Part shown: in pieces, positions 19,317-28,393 of the stretch | Position numbering within the stretch: position 1 is the first letter of the stretch | How the letters are laid out: each line of letters opens with the position of its first letter | NCBI GenBank assembly: GCA_030612025.1 | Contig: JAUWOR010000003.1 | Coordinates: 64,001 to 128,000 of the forward strand | Reading direction: 5' to 3' | Origin: Dehalococcoidia bacterium | Lineage (GTDB): Bacteria; Chloroflexota; Dehalococcoidia; GIF9; AB-539-J10 | Length of the DNA stretch: 64,000 bases | The notes under the pieces: model-generated | Databases searched by the model: none | The model's input: only the letters and a program-made list of their open reading frames with translations | Told to the model about the DNA's origin: nothing | Translations under genes and position numbers: made by a program

Positions 19317-19904
19317 ATGGTCTTAGTCATTGATAACTACGATTCCTTTGTTTATAACCTCGCCCAGTACCTGGGTGAACTGGGCTGGGAACCGGTGGTT
19401 TATCGCAATGACCAGATAACCCTGGCACAAATTGAGAGCTTGAGTCCCTCCCACATTATCATCTCTCCCGGACCCGCTACCCCACTTGAGGCAGGCATCT
19501 CCAATGATATTATCTGGCGCTTTGCTGGGAGAATTCCAATTCTTGGTGTCTGTCTGGGGCACCAGTGTATCGGCTATGTCTTTGGTGGTCAGGTCGTCCG
19601 TGCCGCTGTGCCTACTCATGGTAAGAGCTCCCTGGTTTATCACGATGGTAAGACGGTATATCAAAACCTCCCCAATCCCTTTGAGGCAGGACGTTACCAT
19701 TCCTTAGTAGTCAAACGGGATACTCTCCCTTGGTCACTGGCATTGACCGCGGAGACCGATGACGGTGTCATCATGGGTATCAGGCACAAGGATTATGTTG
19801 TCGAGGGGGTGCAGTTCCATCCGGAGTCAATCATGACTGACGTAGGTCACGATCTACTCAAAAACTTCCTCAGCTTCCTGCAGCCAAGGTGGCCCCAGGA
19901 GTAG
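19317..19904 (+). CDS. pabA: glutamine amidotransferase component II
   Basis: IDNYDSF, SPGP, GVCLGHQ, QFHPES. Confidence 0.9.
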   Translation: MVLVIDNYDSFVYNLAQYLGELGWEPVVYRNDQITLAQIESLSPSHIIISPGPATPLEAGISNDIIWRFAGRIPILGVCLGHQCIGYVFGGQVVRAAVPTHGKSSLVYHDGKTVYQNLPNPFEAGRYHSLVVKRDTLPWSLALTAETDDGVIMGIRHKDYVVEGVQFHPESIMTDVGHDLLKNFLSFLQPRWPQE

Positions 19905-19908
19905 GTTT

Positions 19909-20775
19909 ATGAGCGAAATTGTTTATCTTAATGGTTCCTTAATTCCCCGCAGTCAAGCCAGGATATCCGCCCTGGACTACGGTTTTCTCTATGGGTTTGG
20001 CCTCTTTGAAACCATGCGTGCTTATGGAGGTCAGGTATTTCGTTTGGATAGCCACTTAAACCGGCTAGCACGTTCCGCTGAAATACTGGGATTGCCAATC
20101 GAGGCACTGGACCTAAAAGGTGCGGTAATGGACACTATCCACGCTAACAAGCTTAGTGAAGCTCGTGTCCGTATCACTATTTCTATCGGTGAGGGAGGGA
20201 TGGTTCCTGACCCCAGCACGTGTAGGCAACCCACGGTGCTGATAGTAGCTGGATATTACAAGCCTTACCCCGAACAAGTTTATGAAAAGGGATTTAGGGC
20301 TGTTGTCTCATCCATCCGCCGCAACAGTCAATCACCTCTCTCCAAGCTCAAGTCGGCCAATTACCTGGAAAATATGCTTGCCAAACAGGAGGCAAGAGCG
20401 GCTGGGGTTGACGAAGCCATCTGCCTCAACGAAAAAGGGCTCCTTGCTGAGGCTAGTATGAGTAATATCTTTCTGGTAAATGACGGCATACTGCGGACGC
20501 CAGGAGAGCAGAGTGGTATCCTGCCCGGAATTACCCGCGAGGTGGTTCTGGAGCTAGCTTCACAGCTAGACATCAATACCTTTGAGCAGGATATCAGGCT
20601 GGACGAGCTTTTCCAGACTCAGGAAGCTTTCCTGACCAACTCGCTTATGGAGATTATGCCGCTTACCGAGATAGATGGCAAACCTGTTGGTTCGGGCAAA
20701 CCGGAGTCTGTCACACGGAGACTTATGGCAAACTACAAGAAATTAGTGCGCCCTTCTAGGACCAGCGAACAATAG
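19909..20775 (+). CDS. pabC: class IV PLP enzyme, probable aminodeoxychorismate lyase
   Basis: YGFGLFETMR, KSANY, ILPGITR; context. Confidence 0.75.
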   Translation: MSEIVYLNGSLIPRSQARISALDYGFLYGFGLFETMRAYGGQVFRLDSHLNRLARSAEILGLPIEALDLKGAVMDTIHANKLSEARVRITISIGEGGMVPDPSTCRQPTVLIVAGYYKPYPEQVYEKGFRAVVSSIRRNSQSPLSKLKSANYLENMLAKQEARAAGVDEAICLNEKGLLAEASMSNIFLVNDGILRTPGEQSGILPGITREVVLELASQLDINTFEQDIRLDELFQTQEAFLTNSLMEIMPLTEIDGKPVGSGKPESVTRRLMANYKKLVRPSRTSEQ

Positions 20776-21616
20776 CGTCACTCACCCGGCAGACCCTTAC
20801 CATCTGTTGCACGTCATGTACCCGTACCATGTCAGCACCCTTGGCGATGCCGATTGCTATTGCAGCAGCGGTACCTTCCAAGCGTTCATCAGTGGGGAGG
20901 TCCAGTACCATGCCAATGAAGGATTTGCGGGATGGTCCAATTAAAATAGCTCTTCCTAGTCCTTGCAGTTCGCCCAAGCGGCGAATTATCTCCAGCTCCT
21001 GCCGCCAAGTCTTGCCAAATCCAATCCCAGGGTCAACAATAATGCTCTCCCGGGGTACCCCCAGTTTCAATGCCAGCTCTAAGCTATTTTTGAGGGACGA
21101 AGTTACTTCAGTCATAAGGTCATCATAGTAGGCGGTATCGCGCTGAATCCCAGCGTCATAACCTCCCTTGTCCCGCTGGTTACTCATCAAGATAATAGGA
21201 ATGCCCCACTCAGCAGCTAGTCCTGCAAGATGAGAGTCCCTTTTCAAACCCCACTGGTCGTTTATCATAGCTGCGCCAGCCTCAAGCGCTCGTTGTGCTA
21301 CCTCCGACTTATAAGTATCAATGCTCAGAGGAACGGGTATTTCAGAAGCCAGCCGCTCTATCACCGGGACTACCCGCCTGATTTCCTCGTCAATTGAGAC
21401 CGGGACTGAGCCAGGACGGGTGGATTCACCACCGATGTCCAGGATATCAGCGCCCTGACTCACGAAGTAATGTGCCTGCGCAACGGCTGCTTCAAGGTCG
21501 GTAATTCCATCGCCGGAGAAGGAGTCCGGGGATACATTGATTATGCCCATAACATAGGTCCGCTCTCCCCAGCGGAACTCTGTATTTCCACACTTGGTAG
21601 TACCCAGTCTAGTCAT
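20756..21616 (-). CDS. folP: dihydropteroate synthase
   Basis: NVSPDSFS, DIGGESTRPG, DPGIGFGK, SRKSF, RVHDV. Confidence 0.95.
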   Translation of the reverse strand: MTRLGTTKCGNTEFRWGERTYVMGIINVSPDSFSGDGITDLEAAVAQAHYFVSQGADILDIGGESTRPGSVPVSIDEEIRRVVPVIERLASEIPVPLSIDTYKSEVAQRALEAGAAMINDQWGLKRDSHLAGLAAEWGIPIILMSNQRDKGGYDAGIQRDTAYYDDLMTEVTSSLKNSLELALKLGVPRESIIVDPGIGFGKTWRQELEIIRRLGELQGLGRAILIGPSRKSFIGMVLDLPTDERLEGTAAAIAIGIAKGADMVRVHDVQQMVRVCRVSDAIVRWS

Positions 21617-21784
21617 AGCTTACACCTTACAAAAGAATCACTTAACCGTTTTGCATGGATGGCTGTGTAGGTTCTCCTTTAATATATGCAAAAATACTCC
21701 AAAAAGTCCACTTTTTGGCGAGATAGCTAGCCCTATTCTACCACATCGTATGAAGCTATCATAAGTCCGGGCATATCTCCAGAA

Positions 21785-21837
21785 TGTAGTTGCCCAATTT
21801 ATTGGGCGATAGAAGCCTGATGAATCAGACAACTACA
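21785..21837. repeat. GTAG-type REP palindrome core
   Basis: tgtagttgcccaatttattgggcg...cctgatgaatcagacaactaca; five copies in window. Confidence 0.85.
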
Positions 21838-22039
21838 ACAAGCTGCCGCTGAAACCACATTGAAATTTCTCTCATTCTCCTCTACAATAGCCTCGCAACT
21901 GGTTAAGAGGTTGACACCGCAACCCGAACAAAAGGAGAGGATAGTTTAGGGAGAGGCGCAATATGTTGAAGTGGAAAACGAAATGACCTACATATTGCGC
22001 CTTACGATAGCCAGGGTGAGTAGGCCCTGAAGGCGATTC

Positions 22040-22076
22040 CCTAAACCGCGTGTCGGGCGTTCGAGTCGCCCCAGGG
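22040..22076 (+). repeat. isolated 3' half of tRNA-Arg(CCT) (att-like)
   Basis: cctaaaccgcgtgtcgggcgttcgagtcgccccaggg identical to 17407-17443. Confidence 0.9.
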
Positions 22077-22101
22077 ATGTTTGATATAATTTAGTAGTTA
22101 T

Positions 22102-22178
22102 AGGGGTGTAGCTCAGTTGGTCAGAGCAGCGGTCTCCAAAACCGCAGGTCGCGGGTTCGAATCCTGCCGCCCCTGCCA
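22102..22178 (+). tRNA. tRNA-Trp(CCA)
   Basis: GCGGT-CTCCAAA-ACCGC, CCA end. Confidence 0.95.
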
Positions 22179-22179
22179 T

Positions 22180-22266
22180 GCCGGGGTGGTGGAATAGGTA
22201 GACACGCCATCTTGAGGGGGTGGTGGGCATAAGCCCGTGGGAGTTCAAGTCTCCCCCTCGGCACCA
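22180..22266 (+). tRNA. tRNA-Leu(GAG)
   Basis: CCATC-TTGAGGG-GGTGG, long variable arm, CCA. Confidence 0.92.
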
Positions 22267-22310
22267 ATTTGGTTTGCTTGGATTGAGAGAAGGCGGTAAA
22301 ATTTAGTTAG

Positions 22311-22385
22311 GCGGAAGTAGTTCAGCGGCAGAATGCTTCCTTGCCAAGGAAGAGGTCGCGAGTTCGAATCTCGTCTTCCGCTCCA
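22311..22385 (+). tRNA. tRNA-Gly(GCC)
   Basis: CTTCC-TTGCCAA-GGAAG, CCA. Confidence 0.95.
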
Positions 22386-22402
22386 GTAGAATTAGCAATT
22401 AT

Positions 22403-22475
22403 GGCGGTGTAGCCAAGAGGTTAAGGCAGGGGTCTGCAAAACCCCGATACAGCGGTTCGAATCCGCTCGCCGCCT
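22403..22475 (+). tRNA. tRNA-Cys(GCA)
   Basis: GGGGT-CTGCAAA-ACCCC; CCA not encoded. Confidence 0.93.
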
Positions 22476-22497
22476 TTTAAATATAAAGGAGTTAATA

Positions 22498-22812
22498 ATG
22501 ATTCCCACTGATGCGAACAATTTATTAGATTTTCATTGCCCTCATTGCAATGCTGGCATTGTGATTGCCCCCGTATTTCACATATTCAAGAAGGGTGTTA
22601 AGAAGGGCATTAAATGTGAAGCTGCTGCAATATTTAGCATTAGTGGAGGTGAAGCAAGGCTTCACCAAATAGTATACGACGGAAGGGAATACTCCTTCCC
22701 TTCTGGAGCCGGGAAGAAAATCACTGGGTATCAGGTTAGAGGCCCAACCTTTTGGAAGTTTAAAACTAAAAAAGGCAATATAATTACACTGGCTCAATTA
22801 ACTAAGCTTTAA
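22498..22812 (+). CDS. hypothetical protein
   Basis: 104 aa, AAGGAG RBS, CPHC. Confidence 0.55.
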   Translation: MIPTDANNLLDFHCPHCNAGIVIAPVFHIFKKGVKKGIKCEAAAIFSISGGEARLHQIVYDGREYSFPSGAGKKITGYQVRGPTFWKFKTKKGNIITLAQLTKL

Positions 22813-22845
22813 AAATCAAAGTTCCATGGGCTAAAATCCTAATCT

Positions 22846-22928
22846 GCCGAGGTGGCGGAATGGCAGACGCGGCGGACTTAAAATCCGTTTCCCGCTAGGG
22901 AGTGTGGGTTCGAGTCCCTCCCTCGGCA
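22846..22928 (+). tRNA. tRNA-Leu(TAA)
   Basis: GCCGAGG/CCTCGGC, GCGGA-CTTAAAA-TCCGT, variable arm. Confidence 0.93.
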
Positions 22929-23192
22929 CTGAACTGCTAGTCCAAAATGCTTCTTTTACAAAGCCTGGAACATTATGCGAAACGCACTTCTTGCAGTGCT
23001 CAGAGAAATGGTAACCTCAGGTGTTTTTATTCTTGTTGCTTCATTTAACCTGAAGCCTAACATGATGAATTTGGACAAATACTACAACACATATTAGAAT
23101 TCGACAGGGTAGACCAGATGGGGCGAATTTTGAGCTCACCTGTATAGCTAATTATCGAATTTGTTTTTTAGCATAGGAATCGTAAATACGGG

Positions 23193-23322
23193 GGCTGTTT
23201 AAAAATGTAGTTGCCCAATTTATTGGGCGACTGTGCCTGATAAATCAGGCAACTACAAAAATTTGGGGGTGAAACACCTCCAAGATGGCTGAAATTGAAC
23301 GGGGAATCAAAATTAAACAGCC
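23193..23322. mobile_element. MITE-like element (~130 bp) containing REP core
   Basis: Terminal inverted GGCTGTTT/AAACAGCC; near copy at 25222-25352. Confidence 0.7.
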
Positions 23323-23349
23323 TGAAAATAAGGTTAAGGGGGTAGAAAA

Positions 23350-23544
23350 ATGAAAGCGAGAGAATTAATTTTTAAGGAGATAGAAAAACTTCCTGAGCCT
23401 TATCTCATAGAGATATTGGATTTTATACGCTTTTTAGAGGCTAAAACTTCGGAACAAAAGATGGGGCTAGCAATCGCAAGCGAAACATCTCTTAAAAAAG
23501 ATTGGCTGACACCTGAGGAAAATGAAGCATGGAGAGATTTGTAA
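23350..23544 (+). CDS. DUF2281-like antitoxin
   Basis: IEKLPE..EILDFIRFL...SLKKDWLTPEENEAWRDL; overlaps toxin start. Confidence 0.8.
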   Translation: MKARELIFKEIEKLPEPYLIEILDFIRFLEAKTSEQKMGLAIASETSLKKDWLTPEENEAWRDL

Positions 23545-23861
23545 AAGGGGATGTAGTGGTTGTTCCTTTCCCCTTCTCAGATTTAACTCGAGCTAAACGA
23601 CGACCAGCTTTAGTAATTGCAGAATTGGAAGGGGATGATTTAATTCTCTGCCAGATAACTAGCCACTCAGTTAGAGACAGATACGCGGTTCCAATTGATG
23701 AGAATGATTTTGAAACTGGGACACTCAGGAAAAGGAGCAATTTGCGACCGAATCGCATATTTACGGCAGACCGCCACATCATCCTGTATAGAGCTGGTCA
23801 TCTCAAACCTGAGAAGATGAATGAAGTAATTAAAGAGATAGTAGGTTTCCTTCGACCATAA
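23529..23861 (+). CDS. PemK/MazF family toxin
   Basis: GDVVVVPFPFSDL..KRRPALV..CQITS. Confidence 0.9.
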   Translation: MERFVKGDVVVVPFPFSDLTRAKRRPALVIAELEGDDLILCQITSHSVRDRYAVPIDENDFETGTLRKRSNLRPNRIFTADRHIILYRAGHLKPEKMNEVIKEIVGFLRP

Positions 23862-23890
23862 AGCAACTTTCCATAATAGAGTAAGGGAGA

Positions 23891-23958
23891 GGTAGACGCG
23901 GCGGACTTAAAATCCGTTTCCCGTAAGGGAGTGTGGGTTCGAGTCCCTCCCTCGGCAC
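23891..23958 (+). repeat. 5'-truncated tRNA-Leu(TAA) copy (att-like)
   Basis: Matches tRNA-Leu from the D loop onward; lacks the 5' acceptor strand. Confidence 0.85.
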
Positions 23959-24217
23959 TAAGCTGTGTCGAGAGCTCTGGCATAGCAGTACTATTTTCAT
24001 TCGTAGGTTTTCCGTCTAGTCCAAGCATCGGACAACTGATAGGTTATTCACCTTGTTCACCTGGATATTTTGCCTTCGAAAGAATCAAAAACAAAAACCT
24101 GAACAATATGGCGTATTGTGCAATTTACGCCCACTGCAGAGGATGGATTACAAGCTCTAACTGCAGAAAGCGGCTAAGGTTGCAAGCAAGAATCCGCAGG
24201 TTGATAATAGTGCCGAT

Positions 24218-25198
24218 ATGGCTGAAGTTTATTTCTTTACCGAGGCTGAGAAGCTGCTAAGTGCTCTTGACCTCCTTGGTATTGAGGACTTTGGAGGAGC
24301 CAGGGTTCCAATCAAGCTTCATATGGGGGAGCCAGGTAATAGGTACTACATTTCCCCCTCCCTTGTAAAGTTGACAGTAGGAAGGCTGAAAGACGTAGGT
24401 GCGGAACCGTTTCTGTTTGATACCACTGTGGCTTACCCCGGACCAAGGTCTACGAGGGATGGATATAAGAGGGTGGCTTACAGGCATGGCTTCGGAGAGA
24501 ACGAAATGGGCTGCGAAGTGGTTATCGGGGAGGAAGGAGTGAAGGTGGCCGAAGGTGGCTATGACTTTGAGGTGGCGAAGGAGATATACGAAAGCACCCA
24601 CCTGCTCGTCATGTCTCATGTCAAAGGACACATCCAGGCTGGATTCGGAGGGGCTATAAAGAACTTGGGCATGGGTGGAGTGACCAAAGGCACGAAGCGA
24701 ATAATCCACCGCATGAGCATCCCCAGGTTTTTGGCGGAGAAGTGCGACCTCTGTGGTTCCTGCGCTGAAGCCTGCCCGTGCCACGCTATAACTGTGGATT
24801 TGGACTGGAGATACGATAGCCTCGCCTGCGAAGGTTGCGGCAAGTGCGTATCGGTTTGCCCTAGAGGGGCTTTGAGCTACGACGTCATGGATTTCCAACA
24901 AGGGCTGGCACTGGCGGCCAAGGCATGCATCCGGGGGAAGAAGGCACTCTACATAAATGCTCTGGTGAATATAACTCGTAGCTGTGATTGTGACCCCCAC
25001 CCCGATCCTATAATCTGTCCCGACATAGGCTATCTAGCATCCAATGATCTGGCAGCTATAGATAGAGCATCGCTGCAACTCATACACGAGCTGAAGCCGG
25101 GAGTCTTTCAGGAAGTGAACCAAATTGATCCTTTAAAGCAAGTTCGATATGCACAGGAGATTGGCCTTATTGGCTCCTATAAGCTGGGGAGACTTTGA
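24218..25198 (+). CDS. DUF362 Fe-S protein
   Basis: KLHMGE, SHVKGH..FGGAIKNLGMG, two CxxCxxCxxxCP, CDC. Confidence 0.88.
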   Translation: MAEVYFFTEAEKLLSALDLLGIEDFGGARVPIKLHMGEPGNRYYISPSLVKLTVGRLKDVGAEPFLFDTTVAYPGPRSTRDGYKRVAYRHGFGENEMGCEVVIGEEGVKVAEGGYDFEVAKEIYESTHLLVMSHVKGHIQAGFGGAIKNLGMGGVTKGTKRIIHRMSIPRFLAEKCDLCGSCAEACPCHAITVDLDWRYDSLACEGCGKCVSVCPRGALSYDVMDFQQGLALAAKACIRGKKALYINALVNITRSCDCDPHPDPIICPDIGYLASNDLAAIDRASLQLIHELKPGVFQEVNQIDPLKQVRYAQEIGLIGSYKLGRL

Positions 25199-25221
25199 GC
25201 CCCATAATGCCGGTGCATTGA

Positions 25222-25352
25222 GGCCGTTTAAAAACGTAGTTGCCCAATTTATTGGGCGACTGGGCCTGATTACCCAAGGCAACTACAAAAATTTGGGGGT
25301 GAAACACCTCTGAGATGGTTGAAATTGAACAGGGAATCAAAATTGAACAGCC
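25222..25352. mobile_element. MITE-like element, second copy
   Basis: GGCCGTTT...GAACAGCC; colinear with 23193-23322. Confidence 0.7.
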
Positions 25353-25368
25353 GCGCATTCAATAGGAG

Positions 25369-25722
25369 GTGATGAATATGGCATTTAAAGCAGCTTTCCT
25401 TGCCCATGCTCCTGATGCCGAGCCAGAAAGGCACAGGTGCGTGATTGAAACGTCCAAGTACAAACTTTTTGTCGTGCTGCTGAGGAATCAAGAGCAAGCA
25501 ATTGAAGTGTGCCAAAAGCTTGTCAAAGAAGAGGGCGTTCACTCAATCCTCCTCTCCCCAGGATTTACACATCGGGATGTTGCGGGGATAGCAGAAGCGG
25601 TTGGAGAGAACGTTGGTGTTGCCGTAGCCAGAGGAGACGGTCCAAGCAGCAGAGTTTCAAGGGAAGTAATGAAAGGGGAAGGATGGTTCTCAAAAAAGAA
25701 ACAAAGAACGGAAGAGATTTGA
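25369..25722 (+). CDS. conserved hypothetical protein (DUF6506-like)
   Basis: FKAAFLAHAPDAEPE, LSPGFTH, VARGDGP; AGGAGG RBS. Confidence 0.65.
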   Translation: MMNMAFKAAFLAHAPDAEPERHRCVIETSKYKLFVVLLRNQEQAIEVCQKLVKEEGVHSILLSPGFTHRDVAGIAEAVGENVGVAVARGDGPSSRVSREVMKGEGWFSKKKQRTEEI

Positions 25723-25855
25723 AAATCTAAAAAAACGAGCTGTGGCACGGACTTTTCACACAGTCTGACATTAGCCGATAACTCCCTGTAAGTTTAGCAC
25801 TCTGTGAAGGGAAGCCTCTTTCCAACGTGTTGGCAGGGTAACAAATGTCCAGATT

Positions 25856-27409
25856 GTGTGCTGCAGCGTTTCGCCTGCAGAATATGATATAATCGCATCG
25901 AATAACTCTGTAGTTTTGGTTGATAATGTGGCACTAACTAGTGATTCCCCTTCATCATATCTGTGGCGGATTCAATGGAGGGAAAGGGCGTTCCAGTGGA
26001 TTAGACAGAAAAGACAGTATTATGATTTTGACTTAGACAGTTGCTTGAGCAAACTAGAGGAGAACCCTTTACTGCGTGAAGCTGCTCTGGCTGCGTTTTG
26101 GTGTGCTTATCTTGCTAATGAATTACCACCGATTCTGACTGATCTCCAGGATGAAAGAATAAAAAAACTCCTATACTATGGTTCTTTGCATGATTTACAC
26201 TCAGAAGATATAAAAGACCTAGCTTTTGTCAAACTTCATCTGGCCGGGTTGCTAGCTATTTGCCTCATACGCCCTGATTGGCCAATCGCTGAGAACCCCA
26301 GTGCCAAGGCAATGCTTGAAAAAATACTGGAGGCATATCGGTTAGCCGAACGGCCGAGTATTATCGACGAAATCATTGATGACCCGTCTGGCTGGGGTAA
26401 TAAATACTTCGATGAGAACCTATTTACATTCTCATTAGTAATGGTGAGCGGCATCGCCCGTGTTGAACTATCTTTTTGGCGTATCGAGCAGACAAACTAT
26501 GAAGAGGCCTTTTGGGATATTACTAATGGTGCTTGGGATATCTGCGCGACCACAGTCGAAGACAAATCAAGCGAGCTACCAAACTTCAGACCATATTTGC
26601 CCCATTCGGGAAGCCAATTTAGTATTCAAGAGGTCGCTGATATTTTTGAACAAGTTAAGAGGCATTCTAAAGGTATAAAGGACTGGGAATATATGCAAAT
26701 GGGCTGTGAAGCAATTCAACACCTTGGATACTGCGACCTTTATGATTTTCTTGATGATATCAGGGATGACAATGGAGAGACATATGGTGCTATTGAATAC
26801 TGGGGAAGGGCTGCTACTTTCGCTGAACAGCAAAAGTATTTTACTGACCTTCCAATCAATGTCCTTACTAGAGATACGATCAAAAGAAATGAAACGGAAG
26901 AGAGACTAAAAAGAGATTTCTTATGTGACATCTGGGAGGAAATGGATGAAAAGGCACAGGATATCCTAGTGGGTGCAGAAATGCAGTGGGAGTATAGAAG
27001 GCCGGATAATATGGTAAAGGAGATTCGTCCGATGCTCGAGCTCATACTTCCCTCTGTCTTTTTGTTTCTAGAGCCTACGATTAAGCAAAGCGACGGGCGT
27101 TTGATCCTGACCCACATGAGGGATGAACTTAGAACAAATAGAGTCGTTAGAGCGTCAATAAATGGTCTAAGAATGGATGTCCGTGACAAGGAATGGGTCA
27201 AGAATGAATTACCTGATTTTCTTCAGAAGGTGATTGATGCCAGAAACTACTTCGAAAAAGAACAGCATTTGTCTAGCAAAAAGTCTTATAAGTATCTGCA
27301 AATGACAGAAAAGGCAGTATCTATTCACAGGGAATTGCTAGGTATTGGATGCGAAGGCGTGCTGCCACGGCTGATGAAAATCAAACAGGCTGCCTACCGA
27401 GGAAAGTGA
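25856..27409 (+). CDS. large hypothetical helical protein (start uncertain)
   Basis: 517-aa ORF, no family recognised. Confidence 0.65.
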   Translation: MCCSVSPAEYDIIASNNSVVLVDNVALTSDSPSSYLWRIQWRERAFQWIRQKRQYYDFDLDSCLSKLEENPLLREAALAAFWCAYLANELPPILTDLQDERIKKLLYYGSLHDLHSEDIKDLAFVKLHLAGLLAICLIRPDWPIAENPSAKAMLEKILEAYRLAERPSIIDEIIDDPSGWGNKYFDENLFTFSLVMVSGIARVELSFWRIEQTNYEEAFWDITNGAWDICATTVEDKSSELPNFRPYLPHSGSQFSIQEVADIFEQVKRHSKGIKDWEYMQMGCEAIQHLGYCDLYDFLDDIRDDNGETYGAIEYWGRAATFAEQQKYFTDLPINVLTRDTIKRNETEERLKRDFLCDIWEEMDEKAQDILVGAEMQWEYRRPDNMVKEIRPMLELILPSVFLFLEPTIKQSDGRLILTHMRDELRTNRVVRASINGLRMDVRDKEWVKNELPDFLQKVIDARNYFEKEQHLSSKKSYKYLQMTEKAVSIHRELLGIGCEGVLPRLMKIKQAAYRGK

Positions 27410-27493
27410 AGGAGATTACTGCGAGGGAAAATCTACTTCGCCAGATGCGCAAGTACTGCACAAAAGCCTGTTTTGTTACCTAATTGCACATTT

Positions 27494-27637
27494 GTCCATT
27501 TTGTTTAACCTCGCATATGAGGGAGAATCGATTTCCAAATGTTGGCGGGCTAATCTGCTTCAAAAGGAGTCAGTAGCTTTGCTTGAGTGTCCCTCTATTG
27601 GAGTTCTTACTTCCTCTTGATTACTGAGTTCACCACC
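27494..27637. repeat. diverged duplicate of transketolase 3' end and downstream flank
   Basis: Colinear with 29020-29173; minus strand reads VVNSVIKRK* vs AVKSVVKRK*. Confidence 0.85.
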
Positions 27638-27647
27638 TTTTACTTTA

Positions 27648-27730
27648 CCCGAGGTGGCGGAACGGTAGACGCGGCGGACTTAAAATCCGTTTCCTGAAAA
27701 GGAGTGTGGGGGCGAGTCCCTCCCTCGGCA
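27648..27730 (+). pseudogene. degenerate tRNA-Leu(TAA)
   Basis: Full length but G1>C and T-loop TTCGA>GGCGA. Confidence 0.85.
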
Positions 27731-27830
27731 CCTCCTACTTAAATCGGTCAATTTGCCGCCCAAGTGCTTCTTCTTTGCGAGGCTCAAGGACATCCACACA
27801 GAACGCCTGAACAAAATAGCGTAATGTTCA

Positions 27831-28259
27831 TTGACAAAGCTTACCTTGATATCTCGCCCGGACTATACCACACCACTCTATCCACATGATATACTGATGC
27901 CCAAAGGAGTGGGTTCTGTCAGCGAGAGGGCAAGCACTTCAAATAGCAAACGGGAGGACAAAGACGTGGTAGAGTCAGCCGACCGAGAGGCTAAGTTTGG
28001 TGAGCGGATGATTGAGCTGAAGGTATGTTTTTGGACGGACGGGATTGCTGAAGGAAAAGGATATATCAGGCCAAAGCACGCTTGGACAAGGGGTGAGGTA
28101 AGGATTATCAAGAATGACCCTCATGGGATCGATCCCGTCCGCGGGTATAAGTTCAACTCTCTCATGGAGATACCCAGTGCTATTGAGAAAGTATTAGTAG
28201 AACACGATATACAGCTTCATCTCTGCTCTAAGATGGACAGATACGTCCTGTGCCTGTGA
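27831..28259 (+). CDS. hypothetical protein (start uncertain)
   Basis: MIELKVCFWTDGIA...KHAW..G; plausible composition. Confidence 0.6.
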   Translation: MTKLTLISRPDYTTPLYPHDILMPKGVGSVSERASTSNSKREDKDVVESADREAKFGERMIELKVCFWTDGIAEGKGYIRPKHAWTRGEVRIIKNDPHGIDPVRGYKFNSLMEIPSAIEKVLVEHDIQLHLCSKMDRYVLCL

Positions 28260-28393
28260 ATCCGACGTTCTGCTGGCCAGAAACCTACAGAGTTCGGTTT
28301 TTGTCCCTACTCAGGCTGAGCTTGTCTTAGAACTCTACAAGGCATGAGAATTGAACGAAAGGGTGTAATGTTATTAAGATATGGAGGCTCACA

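Larger units (their letters stand above)
17450..22076. mobile_element. degenerate island in tRNA-Arg 3' half carrying folate genes
   Basis: tRNA 3' half repeated at 22040-22076; integrase-like remnant next to the tRNA. Confidence 0.75.

Noticed and set aside
21638-22248. ORFs 21638..21832 and 21988..22248
   Set aside because: They overlap a REP and tRNA genes on the opposite strand
23798-24260. ORFs 23798..24028 and 23931..24260
   Set aside because: They run through the tRNA-Leu fragment; not protein-like
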